A stretch of DNA of 64,000 nt from Candidatus Iainarchaeum sp. (GTDB taxonomy: Archaea; Iainarchaeota; Iainarchaeia; Iainarchaeales; JAZDFD01), in contig JAZDFD010000001.1 in the NCBI GenBank assembly GCA_043808155.1, positions 5,501 to 69,500 of the forward strand. The letters run 5' to 3'. Positions 44,466 through 54,782 of the stretch are shown piece after piece. The notes beneath the pieces are model-generated. The model searched no databases and had not been told where the DNA came from. It saw only the letters and a program-made list of their open reading frames with translations. The first letter of the stretch is position 1, and the number at the start of each line of letters is the position of its first letter. A program made the position numbers and the translations under genes.

Positions 44466-44705
44466 TTATTCCCCGTCATCTGCACCGTCATCTGAAGTTT
44501 CAGCATGTGTTTGTACGGCTTTATTAAGATCTTTAACAAGAACATCAGCATCAATACCGTGTGCAATTGCACCCTGTTCTAAATTTTCAAATCTTGCAGC
44601 TGCACAGCCAACGCAATGTAAACCATGCCTCATAAAAACTTCTACTGTTTCTGGAAATTTTGAAACAATGTCCATAATTGACATTTCTTTTGTTATTACA
44701 CCCAT
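44466..44705 (-). CDS. DUF1858-like redox disulfide protein (hybrid-cluster-protein-associated type)
   Basis: VEVFMRHGLHCVGCAAARFENLEQGAIAHGID pattern. Confidence 0.5.
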   Translation of the reverse strand: MGVITKEMSIMDIVSKFPETVEVFMRHGLHCVGCAAARFENLEQGAIAHGIDADVLVKDLNKAVQTHAETSDDGADDGE

Positions 44706-44719
44706 CTTTTCACCATCCC

Positions 44720-44902
44720 CTATTTTACAACAATTGCTTTTGCAGGACAGCTCACTTCACATGCTCTGCACTGAATGCATTCATCTGGTTTTTTTACAAC
44801 TGATTTAGCGCCTTCTTTTTCAAAAACACCGACTGGACAAACATCTATACATGTTCCGCAACCAGTACATTTAGTAGAATCTATATATGGTCTTTCTGCC
44901 AC
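44720..44902 (-). CDS. 2x[4Fe-4S] ferredoxin
   Basis: Two CxxCxxCxxxCP motifs. Confidence 0.75.
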   Translation of the reverse strand: MAERPYIDSTKCTGCGTCIDVCPVGVFEKEGAKSVVKKPDECIQCRACEVSCPAKAIVVK

Positions 44903-45004
44903 AGAATCTCACCTCACAATAGAATATAATCTTTAAAGAGGGAGGTTTTAAAAGTTAACTAATCGTGATTTTTGGCTTATTTTGCCTAATAATACTCCTT
45001 CCCT

Positions 45005-46033
45005 CTAACGCCATTGTACCGGCAGTTTAGGCGGGTTTTTCAGGAGTTCCACGAGAACTTCAATTGCATCCTCAATATCCTGAGTATGTGCAATACTTAT
45101 TGTTGAATGGAGGTTTCTTATTGCTACACTTAGAGTTGCAGTTGGCACTCCTCCGCGTGTCATTGAAATATTCATTGCGTCTGTTGTTCCGAAATTACTT
45201 ACTTCTAGCTGAAGAGGGATATCTCTTTTCTTTGCTGCTGCTTTTAACATTTCAACAACTTTTTTATTTGAAATCATTCGTTCATCTTTTATTGAAATAC
45301 ATGGTCCTTTTCCAATTTCTTTTGTTATGTAATCTGCACTTGAACAGTCATTTGCATTTGTTGCATCAACTGCGACTGCCCAGTTGGGATTTATTTCATA
45401 TGCAGAAGCTTTAGCTCCAAAAAGCCCCACTTCTTCCTGTGCAGTAAAAACATAATATACTTCATTCTTAACTTTTTTAACGCGCTTTGCCAATTCAATA
45501 AGAACGTAACATCCAATTCTGTCATCAAGTGCTTTTCCGCAGATTATATTTTGGTTCCCCAAATAGGATGGTTTTTCATCAGGAGACATGTAATTTCCTG
45601 GTTCAATACCTAATTTTATAAGCTGTGTCTGAGTAAGTCCTGTGTCAACAAACAAATCACTTATAATTGGAAGATTCTCAATTTCATGGCTGTCGTTTAA
45701 TTCCTTGGTTGTGATTACTCCCAAAATTGTTCCTTTGTTTGTAGGGATTCTGACTTTTTGGCCGACTAAAAGCAGAGGTTCTATTCCTCCGACAGTTGAA
45801 AATCTCATTTTCCCGTTTTTCATTATGTCTTTTACCATTAAACCTATTTCATCCATGTGTGCTGCAAGCATTATTCTGGGTTTTGTTCCTCTCTGTTTTG
45901 CAACAAGATTACCTAGTTTGTCAATTTTTACTTCATCAACATATTTTTTTATTTCTTTTTCAATTATTGTGCGTACTTCATCTTCATCCCCACTTACACC
46001 GTGAGCATCCATTAATTTCATCAAAAGTTCCAT
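45005..46033 (-). CDS. M42 family (TET/FrvX-like) aminopeptidase
   Basis: N-terminal LMDAHGVSGDEDEVR and metal-binding AAHMDEIG. Confidence 0.8.
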   Translation of the reverse strand: MELLMKLMDAHGVSGDEDEVRTIIEKEIKKYVDEVKIDKLGNLVAKQRGTKPRIMLAAHMDEIGLMVKDIMKNGKMRFSTVGGIEPLLLVGQKVRIPTNKGTILGVITTKELNDSHEIENLPIISDLFVDTGLTQTQLIKLGIEPGNYMSPDEKPSYLGNQNIICGKALDDRIGCYVLIELAKRVKKVKNEVYYVFTAQEEVGLFGAKASAYEINPNWAVAVDATNANDCSSADYITKEIGKGPCISIKDERMISNKKVVEMLKAAAKKRDIPLQLEVSNFGTTDAMNISMTRGGVPTATLSVAIRNLHSTISIAHTQDIEDAIEVLVELLKNPPKLPVQWR

Positions 46034-46073
46034 TTTATCACCCGATTCAAAATAATATGTGTTTCTCCTTTAT

Positions 46074-47366
46074 TTAGTTTTTGGAAAGGAGGGATTTTTC
46101 AAAGATTTTCAAACCTCTATCCGCCTGTTCTTTTGTGATTATCAAGGGCGGGGCAAATCTTATTACGCTTTCACCCGCTGGAAGAAGCAAAAGACCGTTG
46201 TCATATGCCCTGCACAGAATTCTGCTTCTTTCTTCTTTGTCTGTTTTTTTGCTTTTTTTGTCTTTTACAATCTCCACTCCGATCATTAATCCTAATCCGC
46301 GTACATCTCCAATACACTCGTGTTCTTCTTTCAGTTCATTTAATTCTTTAATCATATATTTTCCTATTTTTTCAGCATTCTTTCCGAGTTTTTTCTTCGT
46401 CATGTAATTTAGTGTTGCAAGTCCACCTGCGCATGCAAGAAGGTTTCCTCCGAATGTGTTTGCATGTGAGCCTGGTTTCCAGTTCATTACTTTTCTGTTT
46501 GCAATTGTAACTCCTAAAGGTACGCCCCCGCCAACTGCTTTGCTCAAAGCAACTATGTCTGCAGTTACATTGAAATGTTCCATTGCTAAAAATTTTCCTG
46601 TTCTGAAAGCTCCGCTTTGCACTTCGTCGGAGCATAAAAGTGTGTTATATTCATTGCAAAGTTTTCTCAGTCCCTGAATGAATTTCTTTGGAGGTACAAT
46701 ATACCCTCCTTCCCCCTGCACTGGCTCAACAAAAACTGAAGCAAGATTATTTTTCACTGAACGCATTTTCTTTTCCATTGCTTCCAAACATTCATATGAA
46801 CAATCACCAAAAGCTTTTCCAAATTTACATCTGTAACAGTATGCAAAAGGGGTATGCTTAACAGGAAGAAATGGCGCAAATCTTTCTCTCTGCACTTTTT
46901 GTGAATTTGTCATTGACAATGAACCCATAGTTCTACCATGAAATGCTTTTTCAAATGCAATTGTCCATTTTTTATTTGTGTGCCATCTTGCACATTTGTA
47001 AGCTGCTTCAACCGCTTCAGTTCCTGAATTGGACAGAAAACCTGTGTTGTATTTTTTTGAAGTTAGTGTAAAAAGAGTTTCAAGAAATGTCACTGGAAGT
47101 TCAGCATAAAAATCTGCGAATCCTACGTGCATTCCCTTTGTGATTTGTTTTTTCACTGCACTAAGCACTTCGGGATTTGCATGCCCAACATTTGAAACAG
47201 CAATGCTTGCACAAAAATCTAAATATTTGTTATTATCCGCATCCCAGATATACATGCCTTTTGCATGGTCAAAAACCATTTCGTATTCACGCGTAAGGGA
47301 GGGGCTTGTAACTTTCTTATCACGTGCCCTTATTTGCTTTGATTTTGCATTTCTCTTCGATTTCAT
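46074..47366 (-). CDS. Class III PLP-dependent aminotransferase (acetylornithine/ornithine/GABA aminotransferase family)
   Basis: CSDEVQSGAFRTGKFLAMEHF and a PLP-lysine region (LSKAVGGG). Confidence 0.8.
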   Translation of the reverse strand: MKSKRNAKSKQIRARDKKVTSPSLTREYEMVFDHAKGMYIWDADNNKYLDFCASIAVSNVGHANPEVLSAVKKQITKGMHVGFADFYAELPVTFLETLFTLTSKKYNTGFLSNSGTEAVEAAYKCARWHTNKKWTIAFEKAFHGRTMGSLSMTNSQKVQRERFAPFLPVKHTPFAYCYRCKFGKAFGDCSYECLEAMEKKMRSVKNNLASVFVEPVQGEGGYIVPPKKFIQGLRKLCNEYNTLLCSDEVQSGAFRTGKFLAMEHFNVTADIVALSKAVGGGVPLGVTIANRKVMNWKPGSHANTFGGNLLACAGGLATLNYMTKKKLGKNAEKIGKYMIKELNELKEEHECIGDVRGLGLMIGVEIVKDKKSKKTDKEERSRILCRAYDNGLLLLPAGESVIRFAPPLIITKEQADRGLKIFEKSLLSKN

Positions 47367-47391
47367 CGCAAGTATTAGGTATTTGAGTTAT

Positions 47392-47910
47392 TTATTTCTT
47401 TCCGTATTTATTTTTTGAGTTAATTCCTGATTTCATTCTAACAATATTTGTTGTTTCATCAAACTCTAAAAGAATTGGGCATTTACCTAAAATATCTGGA
47501 ACACTATGGCGAATATTCTGCCACTGTTCAGTGCCTCTTCCAGCAATTTCAATAATTAAAGAATCTGCTTTTTTTACTAATTTATTAGTGCGTTCTTGCA
47601 ATTCACTAATAAATTTGCGCGTACTTAACTGACGTTTTATATCACTTGGGTGATAATGAGAGTGTAACTGTTTTGTGGCATAGATTGAGCCATACAACAA
47701 ATTGTTGAATATTTGAGTATGTAAATCAGATGGCGAATATAAATATTTATTTTGGAACGCATTAACAGTTACATGCCGATGTATGTCTTGTGCTGTGGCG
47801 CCTTCCTTCTCTAAAACCGGATGTCTAATACAGGCATCAATGATTTTAGTATGATCAAATGGTTTACGTTGTACGGGTTTTTTTACAGGCATTATAGGAT
47901 AAAGATGCAT
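47392..47910 (-). CDS. Hypothetical protein
   Basis: ORF only. Its composition looks somewhat less AT-biased than neighbouring genes. Confidence 0.3.
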   Translation of the reverse strand: MHLYPIMPVKKPVQRKPFDHTKIIDACIRHPVLEKEGATAQDIHRHVTVNAFQNKYLYSPSDLHTQIFNNLLYGSIYATKQLHSHYHPSDIKRQLSTRKFISELQERTNKLVKKADSLIIEIAGRGTEQWQNIRHSVPDILGKCPILLEFDETTNIVRMKSGINSKNKYGKK

Positions 47911-47972
47911 CTTATTTTTATGCCTTTTCTAAATAACCAATGAGATTATATATTTGATGAATTTAAATTATA

Positions 47973-48482
47973 ATGATGAAAATGCTTAAAGAATTCAAAA
48001 ACAAAAAACCGAAAATACACGCAAGTGCTTTTGTTGCAGAAAATGCTTCAGTTATTGGAAATGTTGAAATTTCCGAAAATTCAAGCATATGGTTTGGCGC
48101 AGTTGTTCGGGGGGATTTAAATTCCATTAAAATTGGTGCCAGAACTAATGTTCAGGACAATGCTGTTCTTCACGTGAGTGAACAAAACTCTCTCGAAATT
48201 GGTGACGATGTTACAATCGGTCATTCTGCAATTGTGCACGGCTGTAAAATTGGAAATAATTGTCTTATTGGAATGGGTGCAGTAATTTTAAGCGGCGCAG
48301 TGATTGGAGACAATTGTGTTGTTGGTGCTGGTTCTGTTGTTACTGAAAACTATGAAGTTCCTTCAGGAAGCGTTGTTTTGGGTGTACCCGGAAAAGTAAA
48401 AAGAAAGATTTCTGAAGTGATGCTTGACGACATTAAAAGAAATGTTTCTGAGTATGTTGAATTAAAAGAAAAATATAAATGA
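47973..48482 (+). CDS. Gamma-class carbonic anhydrase family / hexapeptide-repeat protein
   Basis: Left-handed beta-helix hexapeptide repeats with the PaaY/CaiE/YrdA-like N-terminus FVAENASVIGNVEI. Confidence 0.8.
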   Translation: MMKMLKEFKNKKPKIHASAFVAENASVIGNVEISENSSIWFGAVVRGDLNSIKIGARTNVQDNAVLHVSEQNSLEIGDDVTIGHSAIVHGCKIGNNCLIGMGAVILSGAVIGDNCVVGAGSVVTENYEVPSGSVVLGVPGKVKRKISEVMLDDIKRNVSEYVELKEKYK

Positions 48483-48544
48483 ACAAAGGAAATTAAAAGA
48501 AAAAGAAGAATCAGAAAATGAAAAAAGAAAACATTATAAAAGAA

Positions 48545-49786
48545 TCAGAGCTGCATTTTTTCTTTTACTGCTTCAGCAACTCTTCCTATTGCTAAAATGT
48601 ATGCTGCCTGTCTTGTGGTACATCGGTATTTTTCTCTTATCTTAAAAATGTCTTCGAATGATTTTTCCATAATTTCCTTAAGTTTTGAATTTACTTCTTT
48701 CAGTTCCCAATATTTGTCGTCCATATTTTGTTTCCATTCGAAATAAGAGACAGTAACTCCGCCTGCGTTTGTTAAAATGTCTGGAACTATGAGAACATTC
48801 TTTTTTCTGAGGATTTTATCTGCGTCAGGAGTTGTTGGTCCGTTTGCAAGTTCCATAATCAGCTTTGCTTTTATGTTATTTGCATTTTCTTTTGTGATTT
48901 GGTTTTCGAGTGCTGCAGGAACTAAAATATCAACATCTAACTCCAAAAGTTCGGAGTTTGAAATGTCTTTGCAACCTGCAAATCCTTTTACTGAACCGGT
49001 TTTTGTTTTATGTTCAAAAACTTTTGTTGGCTCTAAACCTTTTTCACAGTAAATCCCGCCTTTGGAATCAGAAACTGCAACAACTTGAAAACCCATTTCA
49101 GTAATTAATTCTGCAAAAACATGTCCTGCATTTCCATAACCCTGAATTGCAACTGTCTTTCTTTTTGAATTAACTTTTGAAACTGCTGCATCAAGAATGA
49201 ATGCGGCTCCTTGTGCTGTTGCCTTGTCTCTTCCTTTGGAACCACCCTGTTCAACAGGTTTTCCGGTAATTACGCCTAGTGATTTTGGATCGTGAGTTAT
49301 TTTTTCGTATTCATCACGCATCCAGTTCATTATTTTTGCATTTGTGTAAACATCTGGTGCAGGAACATCTTTCATCGGACCCACGATGTCTGCAACTTTT
49401 CGCATGTATTCTCTGCTTAAGTTTTCTAATTCAGTTTCAGAAAGTTCTTTAGGATTTACAATTACTCCGCCTTTTCCCCCGCCCAATGGAAGGTCTGTTA
49501 CTGCGCATTTGAAAGTCATCCACATTGAAAGTGCCTTAACTTCATCAAGTGAAACATTCGGGTGATATCTTATTCCGCCTTTAGCTGGGCCTCTTGCATG
49601 CGAATGCTGACAGCGGAAACCTTTGAAGATTTTTATTTCACCAGTGTCCATCTTCACAGGCAAATAAACTGTAAGAACTCTTTCAGGTTCTCTGAGAATT
49701 TTTGCAATGTTTGAATCAAGCTTCATTAATTCAGCTGCTTCATCAAACTGCTTCTGTGCGCTTTCAAAAGGATTTACATTAGACAT
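48545..49786 (-). CDS. gdhA: Glutamate dehydrogenase
   Basis: KGGIRYHP catalytic Lys motif and an NAD(P)-binding Rossmann region. Confidence 0.9.
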   Translation of the reverse strand: MSNVNPFESAQKQFDEAAELMKLDSNIAKILREPERVLTVYLPVKMDTGEIKIFKGFRCQHSHARGPAKGGIRYHPNVSLDEVKALSMWMTFKCAVTDLPLGGGKGGVIVNPKELSETELENLSREYMRKVADIVGPMKDVPAPDVYTNAKIMNWMRDEYEKITHDPKSLGVITGKPVEQGGSKGRDKATAQGAAFILDAAVSKVNSKRKTVAIQGYGNAGHVFAELITEMGFQVVAVSDSKGGIYCEKGLEPTKVFEHKTKTGSVKGFAGCKDISNSELLELDVDILVPAALENQITKENANNIKAKLIMELANGPTTPDADKILRKKNVLIVPDILTNAGGVTVSYFEWKQNMDDKYWELKEVNSKLKEIMEKSFEDIFKIREKYRCTTRQAAYILAIGRVAEAVKEKMQL

Positions 49787-49938
49787 TTAATCACTCCTCA
49801 CAATTACTGCAACTTTTTGCAGGTCACCAATTATTATGGAATACATGCAGAGGAATAAATAGGTTTCGTTTGTGTTAAGATGATATACATAATTAATGAA
49901 TCAGAATAATAAAATAAAGAATTAGAAATGAAGATTAT

Positions 49939-50133
49939 TTACTCTTCAGTTACCATAATGCATGAAACAGGACAACTGCTTTCTGCTTCTTTGTTGCAAC
50001 CAACATCATCTAATTTTGTCTTTTTGGGAGCAGATTTACCATCGCTTTTTATTTCCCAATTTTCTTCACAAACTGCTGCGCATGCACCGCAACCAATGCA
50101 GGCATCTCTGTCGTGTTTTATAATAAAAGCCAA
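49939..50133 (-). CDS. 4Fe-4S ferredoxin
   Basis: CIGCGACAAVC and a second Cys cluster, CPVSC. Confidence 0.7.
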   Translation of the reverse strand: MAFIIKHDRDACIGCGACAAVCEENWEIKSDGKSAPKKTKLDDVGCNKEAESSCPVSCIMVTEE

Positions 50134-50174
50134 TATTACACCTCGTGAAAATATATTTTAATTCACTTAAAAAA

Positions 50175-50414
50175 TTATAATCCAAGAGCTTCATCAATTG
50201 CGTCTCTGTTAAAACCAACAATTATTTTGCCATCAATGTCTAAAACTGGTACTCCGCTTTGTCCTGACTTTGACATCATTTCCTTTGCTTTTTCGTGGTC
50301 CTGTGAAACATCAATATCTTCGAATTCCACACCTTTTTCTTTCAGATAGTCCTTTACCATATGACAGTAGGGACAGGTTTGTGTTGAATAAACAATTACA
50401 TTTGCCATTTGCAT
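50175..50414 (-). CDS. Glutaredoxin-like protein
   Basis: CPYC active site in a thioredoxin fold (VIVYSTQTCPYCHMVK). Confidence 0.75.
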   Translation of the reverse strand: MQMANVIVYSTQTCPYCHMVKDYLKEKGVEFEDIDVSQDHEKAKEMMSKSGQSGVPVLDIDGKIIVGFNRDAIDEALGL

Positions 50415-50485
50415 ACCCCCCTATACTGTCTATTTTGGGGAAGTGTTAAAAAGGTTTTGCGAAAATGAATTAATAGTGATTTTTT

Positions 50486-51241
50486 ATGAGTAATAAGAAG
50501 AAGAAAACCAAAGAAAATAATGATAGTATCTCTGAAGAAATAAAAGAAACAGAATTGCGGGAAGCATCTGAAGACATTTCAGAAGTATATCAGAAAAAAT
50601 CTGAAGATGACGCCTCAAAAGAAAATAAAGCAACTGAAACAGACGAAACACAAGTAGCAGAAAAAGAAACAACTGAAATTCCAAAAAGCAGAATTTCACA
50701 GAAAACAATTATGGCTCTTGGAGTTGTAGTTATTTTTGCAGTTGTCGGAATAATTTTTTTCTTTTCAATTGAATTACCGCCAACAGGTCAGATTGTAATG
50801 ACTGGTCTTGACAATGTGGATGCCGGAGAAATAACAACTTTTTCAGCATATGAAATGGACACATGCACTGATAACGGAAAACCAACTGTGATTCAGTTTT
50901 CAATTTCAACTTGCCCACATTGTGTATGGGCAGAAGATGCATTCAAGGCGGCAGTAAAACCATATGTTGCAGAAGGAAAAATCTCAGCTTATCTTTGGAA
51001 TTTAGATACTGGTGACAATCTCTTAACAGAAATAATTGAAACCAAAGATGAAATTCCAAGAAAACATCTGCAGATTTTCTCACACTTTGATACTCAGCAA
51101 CAGGTTCCGTTCTTTGTAATTGGCTGCAGATATTACAGATTGGGAACAGCCTATGAAATAGAAAACAACAAAGAAAAAGAAGTTGCAGAGATGAAAGCAG
51201 TTATTGAACAAATGTTAAAAGAGTTTGAAGAAGGGAAATAA
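50486..51241 (+). CDS. Membrane-anchored thioredoxin-fold protein with DsbA-type CPHC active site
   Basis: Acidic N-terminus, a single TM, then FSISTCPHCVWAE. Confidence 0.55.
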   Translation: MSNKKKKTKENNDSISEEIKETELREASEDISEVYQKKSEDDASKENKATETDETQVAEKETTEIPKSRISQKTIMALGVVVIFAVVGIIFFFSIELPPTGQIVMTGLDNVDAGEITTFSAYEMDTCTDNGKPTVIQFSISTCPHCVWAEDAFKAAVKPYVAEGKISAYLWNLDTGDNLLTEIIETKDEIPRKHLQIFSHFDTQQQVPFFVIGCRYYRLGTAYEIENNKEKEVAEMKAVIEQMLKEFEEGK

Positions 51242-51320
51242 ACTTCTTCTAATTTCTATTTTTTATAATTCTGTTTTTGTCTGTTATTTTTATTATCCTG
51301 TTTTGACCTGTTATTTTTTA

Positions 51321-51743
51321 TTATCCTATTTTTATCAGTTCGCAATTTTCATCTAATTCTATAAAATATTCTGCGTTGTTTTCTCTGAATGCTGAACATT
51401 GATTTTCCGGAAGATTATCAATTTCTGTTCGCGGGTTGTGTGCAATGTCACATACGTAATTTGGCATCTCCTGAATAGGATTTCCAATGCATGGACCGGC
51501 GCTTAAATCTCCGCCATCTGAAATTTTAAGTTCACACAAATCCCTGCACATTTTTACTGCAGCATCCTGTGTTGAAAGTTTTTCCACTGTAGGATAATTG
51601 AAAAAATCAGTAAACAGCAACAGTGAAAATAAAATAAGCACAGCAGCAATAATGAGAACAATTATCGATTTTTTCATACTACAAATAGAGCCGAAAACAA
51701 TAAAAAAAGAAAAAGAGAAAATCCCTTTCGGGATTTTAACCAC
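51321..51743 (-). CDS. Small secreted Cys-rich protein
   Basis: N-terminal TM or signal peptide and eight Cys in the mature part. Confidence 0.35.
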   Translation of the reverse strand: MVKIPKGIFSFSFFIVFGSICSMKKSIIVLIIAAVLILFSLLLFTDFFNYPTVEKLSTQDAAVKMCRDLCELKISDGGDLSAGPCIGNPIQEMPNYVCDIAHNPRTEIDNLPENQCSAFRENNAEYFIELDENCELIKIG

Positions 51744-51752
51744 AGATTTTAA

Positions 51753-52829
51753 TTAACCGCAAGTTGCGTCTGTTCCTGTGCCTTCTTCATATCCAAAGCC
51801 AGCGGATGGCGATACAGAAGATAATTCAAGAGTGCATTCTTCTGGCTGTTCATTGAATGCTCCGCAGATTGTTTGCAGTAAACTTGCAGAAGTTCTTGCA
51901 CTGTTTACAGTTGTTCCATTAACAACTAAAGTCGGGCTTCCACCAACACCATACTCGGTATTCTTTTCTGCATCAATTCCAAATAAAGGATATTTTCCGC
52001 TCAGGTATTTTGTTGTGTCAAGATAATTTGCAGTTATTTGGAATTCATTATCTGCGTCTAAAACACATGTTTCCATTGCTGCAGTGTCTATTTCTGCTTC
52101 TGCTAAACAGGTGTCAGTCTCTCCTGCTTTAAGGAAACATTTCAGGTATGGCAAATATTTGTCATTTTGTTCTTCTTCAATACAGTACTGTTTTAATTCT
52201 TCCTGCATTTCAGTAAGACCGTGCATTGTATAGTAGACAAATCTCATTTCGAAATCTATTTTGTCACCAAGTGTTTCCACAACTGGAATTAGTCCTTTTT
52301 CCATTTGTGTTCCGTATGGGCAATGTGACATAACAAATAATTCGACTGTGGGTTTATCAGATTTCTGTAATTCGACTACTGGTTCTGGTTCAGATGCTGG
52401 CTGTTCCAAAGCAACAGCAGTATCTAAAACACTTCCCAAAAGAATTCTGTCTCCGGTTTCGGTTACATAAACAGTTCCTGGTTGTGTTTGTCCATCCAAA
52501 GTTACATCAATAGTTACTGCATAAAGACTGTCTCCAGCGGATTCAATATTGGTTACTGTTGCAGTTGCACCATCGGGGATTAAATTTGTATTTACATAAT
52601 CCAAAACTTTTGTGCTAAGCGTTCCTGTGTTCATACTTGTATTAACTGTATTATCCCCAATTACAACTTCTGCAGTTGAATGGGGAAACCAAACTGAGCC
52701 CATAACAAGCCCTGCTGCAAGAACTAAAACTGCGCCGATAATTGCAAACTCAAGCTTTATGTGTTTCGGCACTTCAAAGGATGAAGGCTTTTCCGAAACT
52801 TTCTTTTCTTTTGTTTCTTTTTCTGTCAT
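51753..52829 (-). CDS. Membrane-anchored thioredoxin-fold thiol-disulfide oxidoreductase-like protein
   Basis: N-terminal TM. CxxC as VMSHCPYGTQ, plus additional Cys pairs in the C-terminal region. Confidence 0.5.
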   Translation of the reverse strand: MTEKETKEKKVSEKPSSFEVPKHIKLEFAIIGAVLVLAAGLVMGSVWFPHSTAEVVIGDNTVNTSMNTGTLSTKVLDYVNTNLIPDGATATVTNIESAGDSLYAVTIDVTLDGQTQPGTVYVTETGDRILLGSVLDTAVALEQPASEPEPVVELQKSDKPTVELFVMSHCPYGTQMEKGLIPVVETLGDKIDFEMRFVYYTMHGLTEMQEELKQYCIEEEQNDKYLPYLKCFLKAGETDTCLAEAEIDTAAMETCVLDADNEFQITANYLDTTKYLSGKYPLFGIDAEKNTEYGVGGSPTLVVNGTTVNSARTSASLLQTICGAFNEQPEECTLELSSVSPSAGFGYEEGTGTDATCG

Positions 52830-52862
52830 CGTATACCCTCCTCAATTAAGATGATTATAATT

Positions 52863-53384
52863 TTATAATTTATACACATAATTCTTAAGAGAATTGTTTA
52901 TAAAATTCCCTGTTGAGTGATTTGCTTCACAATTCTGGTCTGTGCATTCACAGGCACCAGTGCAACCCACGCCCTCAACATAATCGCATGTTGTGCCGTC
53001 ACTGCATATTTCAAGACTGCATTGTTCCTCTGTTAAAATATCTTCATAAATGCAGTATTCACTTGAATTTTCTCCGTTGCAGTTTCCGTAAGTTACGTAA
53101 TTGTAAACACCCCATATTCCAAAAATTAAACTTAAAATTAAACTCAGAGTTAGTGCCCATGAAATTAATTCAAAGTGTTTGTGCACAAATTTTCCTGCTG
53201 CAGGACTTCTTTTAAGCAATCCTGTTGAGATTTTCATTTTCATTTTTTGATCAAAAGCACTTTCACATTTTCTCAGAGTTACTCTTCTAAAAACGCAGTC
53301 AAATGCTTCCTTTGCGAGTTCTCTGTGGGAAGCTGAAAATATTCCCAAAACTGCAAAAACGAATAATGCAACAAAACAAATCAT
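52863..53384 (-). CDS. Membrane protein with Cys-rich C-terminal domain
   Basis: Two TM helices, a CVFRRVTLRKC loop, and a C-terminal tail with more than 12 Cys. Confidence 0.35.
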   Translation of the reverse strand: MICFVALFVFAVLGIFSASHRELAKEAFDCVFRRVTLRKCESAFDQKMKMKISTGLLKRSPAAGKFVHKHFELISWALTLSLILSLIFGIWGVYNYVTYGNCNGENSSEYCIYEDILTEEQCSLEICSDGTTCDYVEGVGCTGACECTDQNCEANHSTGNFINNSLKNYVYKL

Positions 53385-53482
53385 AATATCACTAATTTTT
53401 AATTAAGTATTCATTAATTCATTAATGAAGCTAATTTAAATCTTACTCATTGATTAGGGGAAATACTGTTTCTTAAAAGAAG

Positions 53483-53965
53483 CTAGTTTTTAGGATTTTG
53501 TTCTAGGGTTTTTTGAATTTTATTGTGGACTCCCGTCCATTCAACAATAAGTTCATCAATTACCTGTCTTGCTGCTATTGCTCTGTGATCAGCATGCACA
53601 TTCACAATCACCCCAGACGTGCTCAGGGGAACTCCGGGAAGAGGAGACATTGGTCGTATGTGCGAAGTTTGATCAAATTCTTTCTTTTTTTCCTCCAGCT
53701 GTAAAAGGAGTTTGTCTATTTGCTCAACGAAATGCTCACCATTTTTTTGTATCATGGGGTCTGCTTCCTTGCAAAAATAAATAAGGTCATCTACAGACAC
53801 CTTGTTACCTGTCTTTGTAGGAATAGTTCCAAAATCCTTTCTGATTGTATCTCGTACTTCTGCATGAATTTTTTGAGATTCTGTTAGTCTTAGCGGTCTT
53901 TGTCTTTTCGGTTCTGGTGAAGATTTTCTTTTGAAAGGATTTCTAAATGTGAATCTTTTAAACAT
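53483..53965 (-). CDS. Hypothetical protein
   Basis: ORF only, with a basic N-terminus. Confidence 0.3.
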   Translation of the reverse strand: MFKRFTFRNPFKRKSSPEPKRQRPLRLTESQKIHAEVRDTIRKDFGTIPTKTGNKVSVDDLIYFCKEADPMIQKNGEHFVEQIDKLLLQLEEKKKEFDQTSHIRPMSPLPGVPLSTSGVIVNVHADHRAIAARQVIDELIVEWTGVHNKIQKTLEQNPKN

Positions 53966-54004
53966 CTAATTATTTATATGCTACAAAAGATTTTAATCTG
54001 AGTT

Positions 54005-54673
54005 GTGACCTTCAGAAAGTTTAATATACAAAAAATGCCTAATACTGAGATGCCAGTATTAGATGTTTTTGAATCCCAAAATTTACTTAAAAAATACGGA
54101 ATTCCTGTTGTTAAAAGTGATTTGTGTAAAAATGAAGCTTCTTTGACTTCTGCTTTGAAAACAACTAGATTTCCTTTAGCAATGAAGGTTGTTTCCTCTG
54201 CCATATCGCATAAAACAGAGGCTCAGGGCGTAAAATTAGGGGTTTCCTCAGCCTTAGAAGCTAAAAAAGCCTTTAATCAGCTCAAAAAACTCAGGGGATT
54301 TGAGGGCGCTCTGGTTCAGGAAATGCTTTCTGGTACTGAGATTATTATTGGTGGAAAACGCGACGCTACTTTTGGACCAACTGTGCTCTTTGGTTTGGGC
54401 GGTATTTTCGTTGAGGTTATGAAGGATGTTTCCCTGCGCGTTTGCCCTATTAGTTCCCGTGATGCTGCTGAAATGATTTCTGAAATTAAGGGTTATAAAT
54501 TACTCACTGGTTTCCGCGGTTCTGAACCTGTGAAACTTTCTGCAATTAATGATTGTTTACTGAAGACTTCCAAAATGATGCTTCAGGAGGAACAAATCAA
54601 AGAACTTGATATTAACCCCTTATTTGCTGATTCTAAAGGTGTGAAAGCAGTGGATGCGCGTGTAGTAATTTAA
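54005..54673 (+). CDS. ATP-grasp protein resembling the beta subunit of ADP-forming acetyl-CoA synthetase (orphan; no alpha subunit nearby)
   Basis: LLKKYGIPVVKS...FPLAMKVVS...HKTEAQGVKLGV pattern of the ACD beta ATP-grasp fold. The likely start is M at about 54035-54050. Confidence 0.55.
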   Translation: MTFRKFNIQKMPNTEMPVLDVFESQNLLKKYGIPVVKSDLCKNEASLTSALKTTRFPLAMKVVSSAISHKTEAQGVKLGVSSALEAKKAFNQLKKLRGFEGALVQEMLSGTEIIIGGKRDATFGPTVLFGLGGIFVEVMKDVSLRVCPISSRDAAEMISEIKGYKLLTGFRGSEPVKLSAINDCLLKTSKMMLQEEQIKELDINPLFADSKGVKAVDARVVI

Positions 54674-54782
54674 TGATTTACGAACATGCAAGAACCATTT
54701 ATTGTTCTTTTAGAATTTGAAAAAGTTGGAACCTCAACAAAATTATTTGAAGCTAAATGTTATGCGAATTGATAAAATGTTC

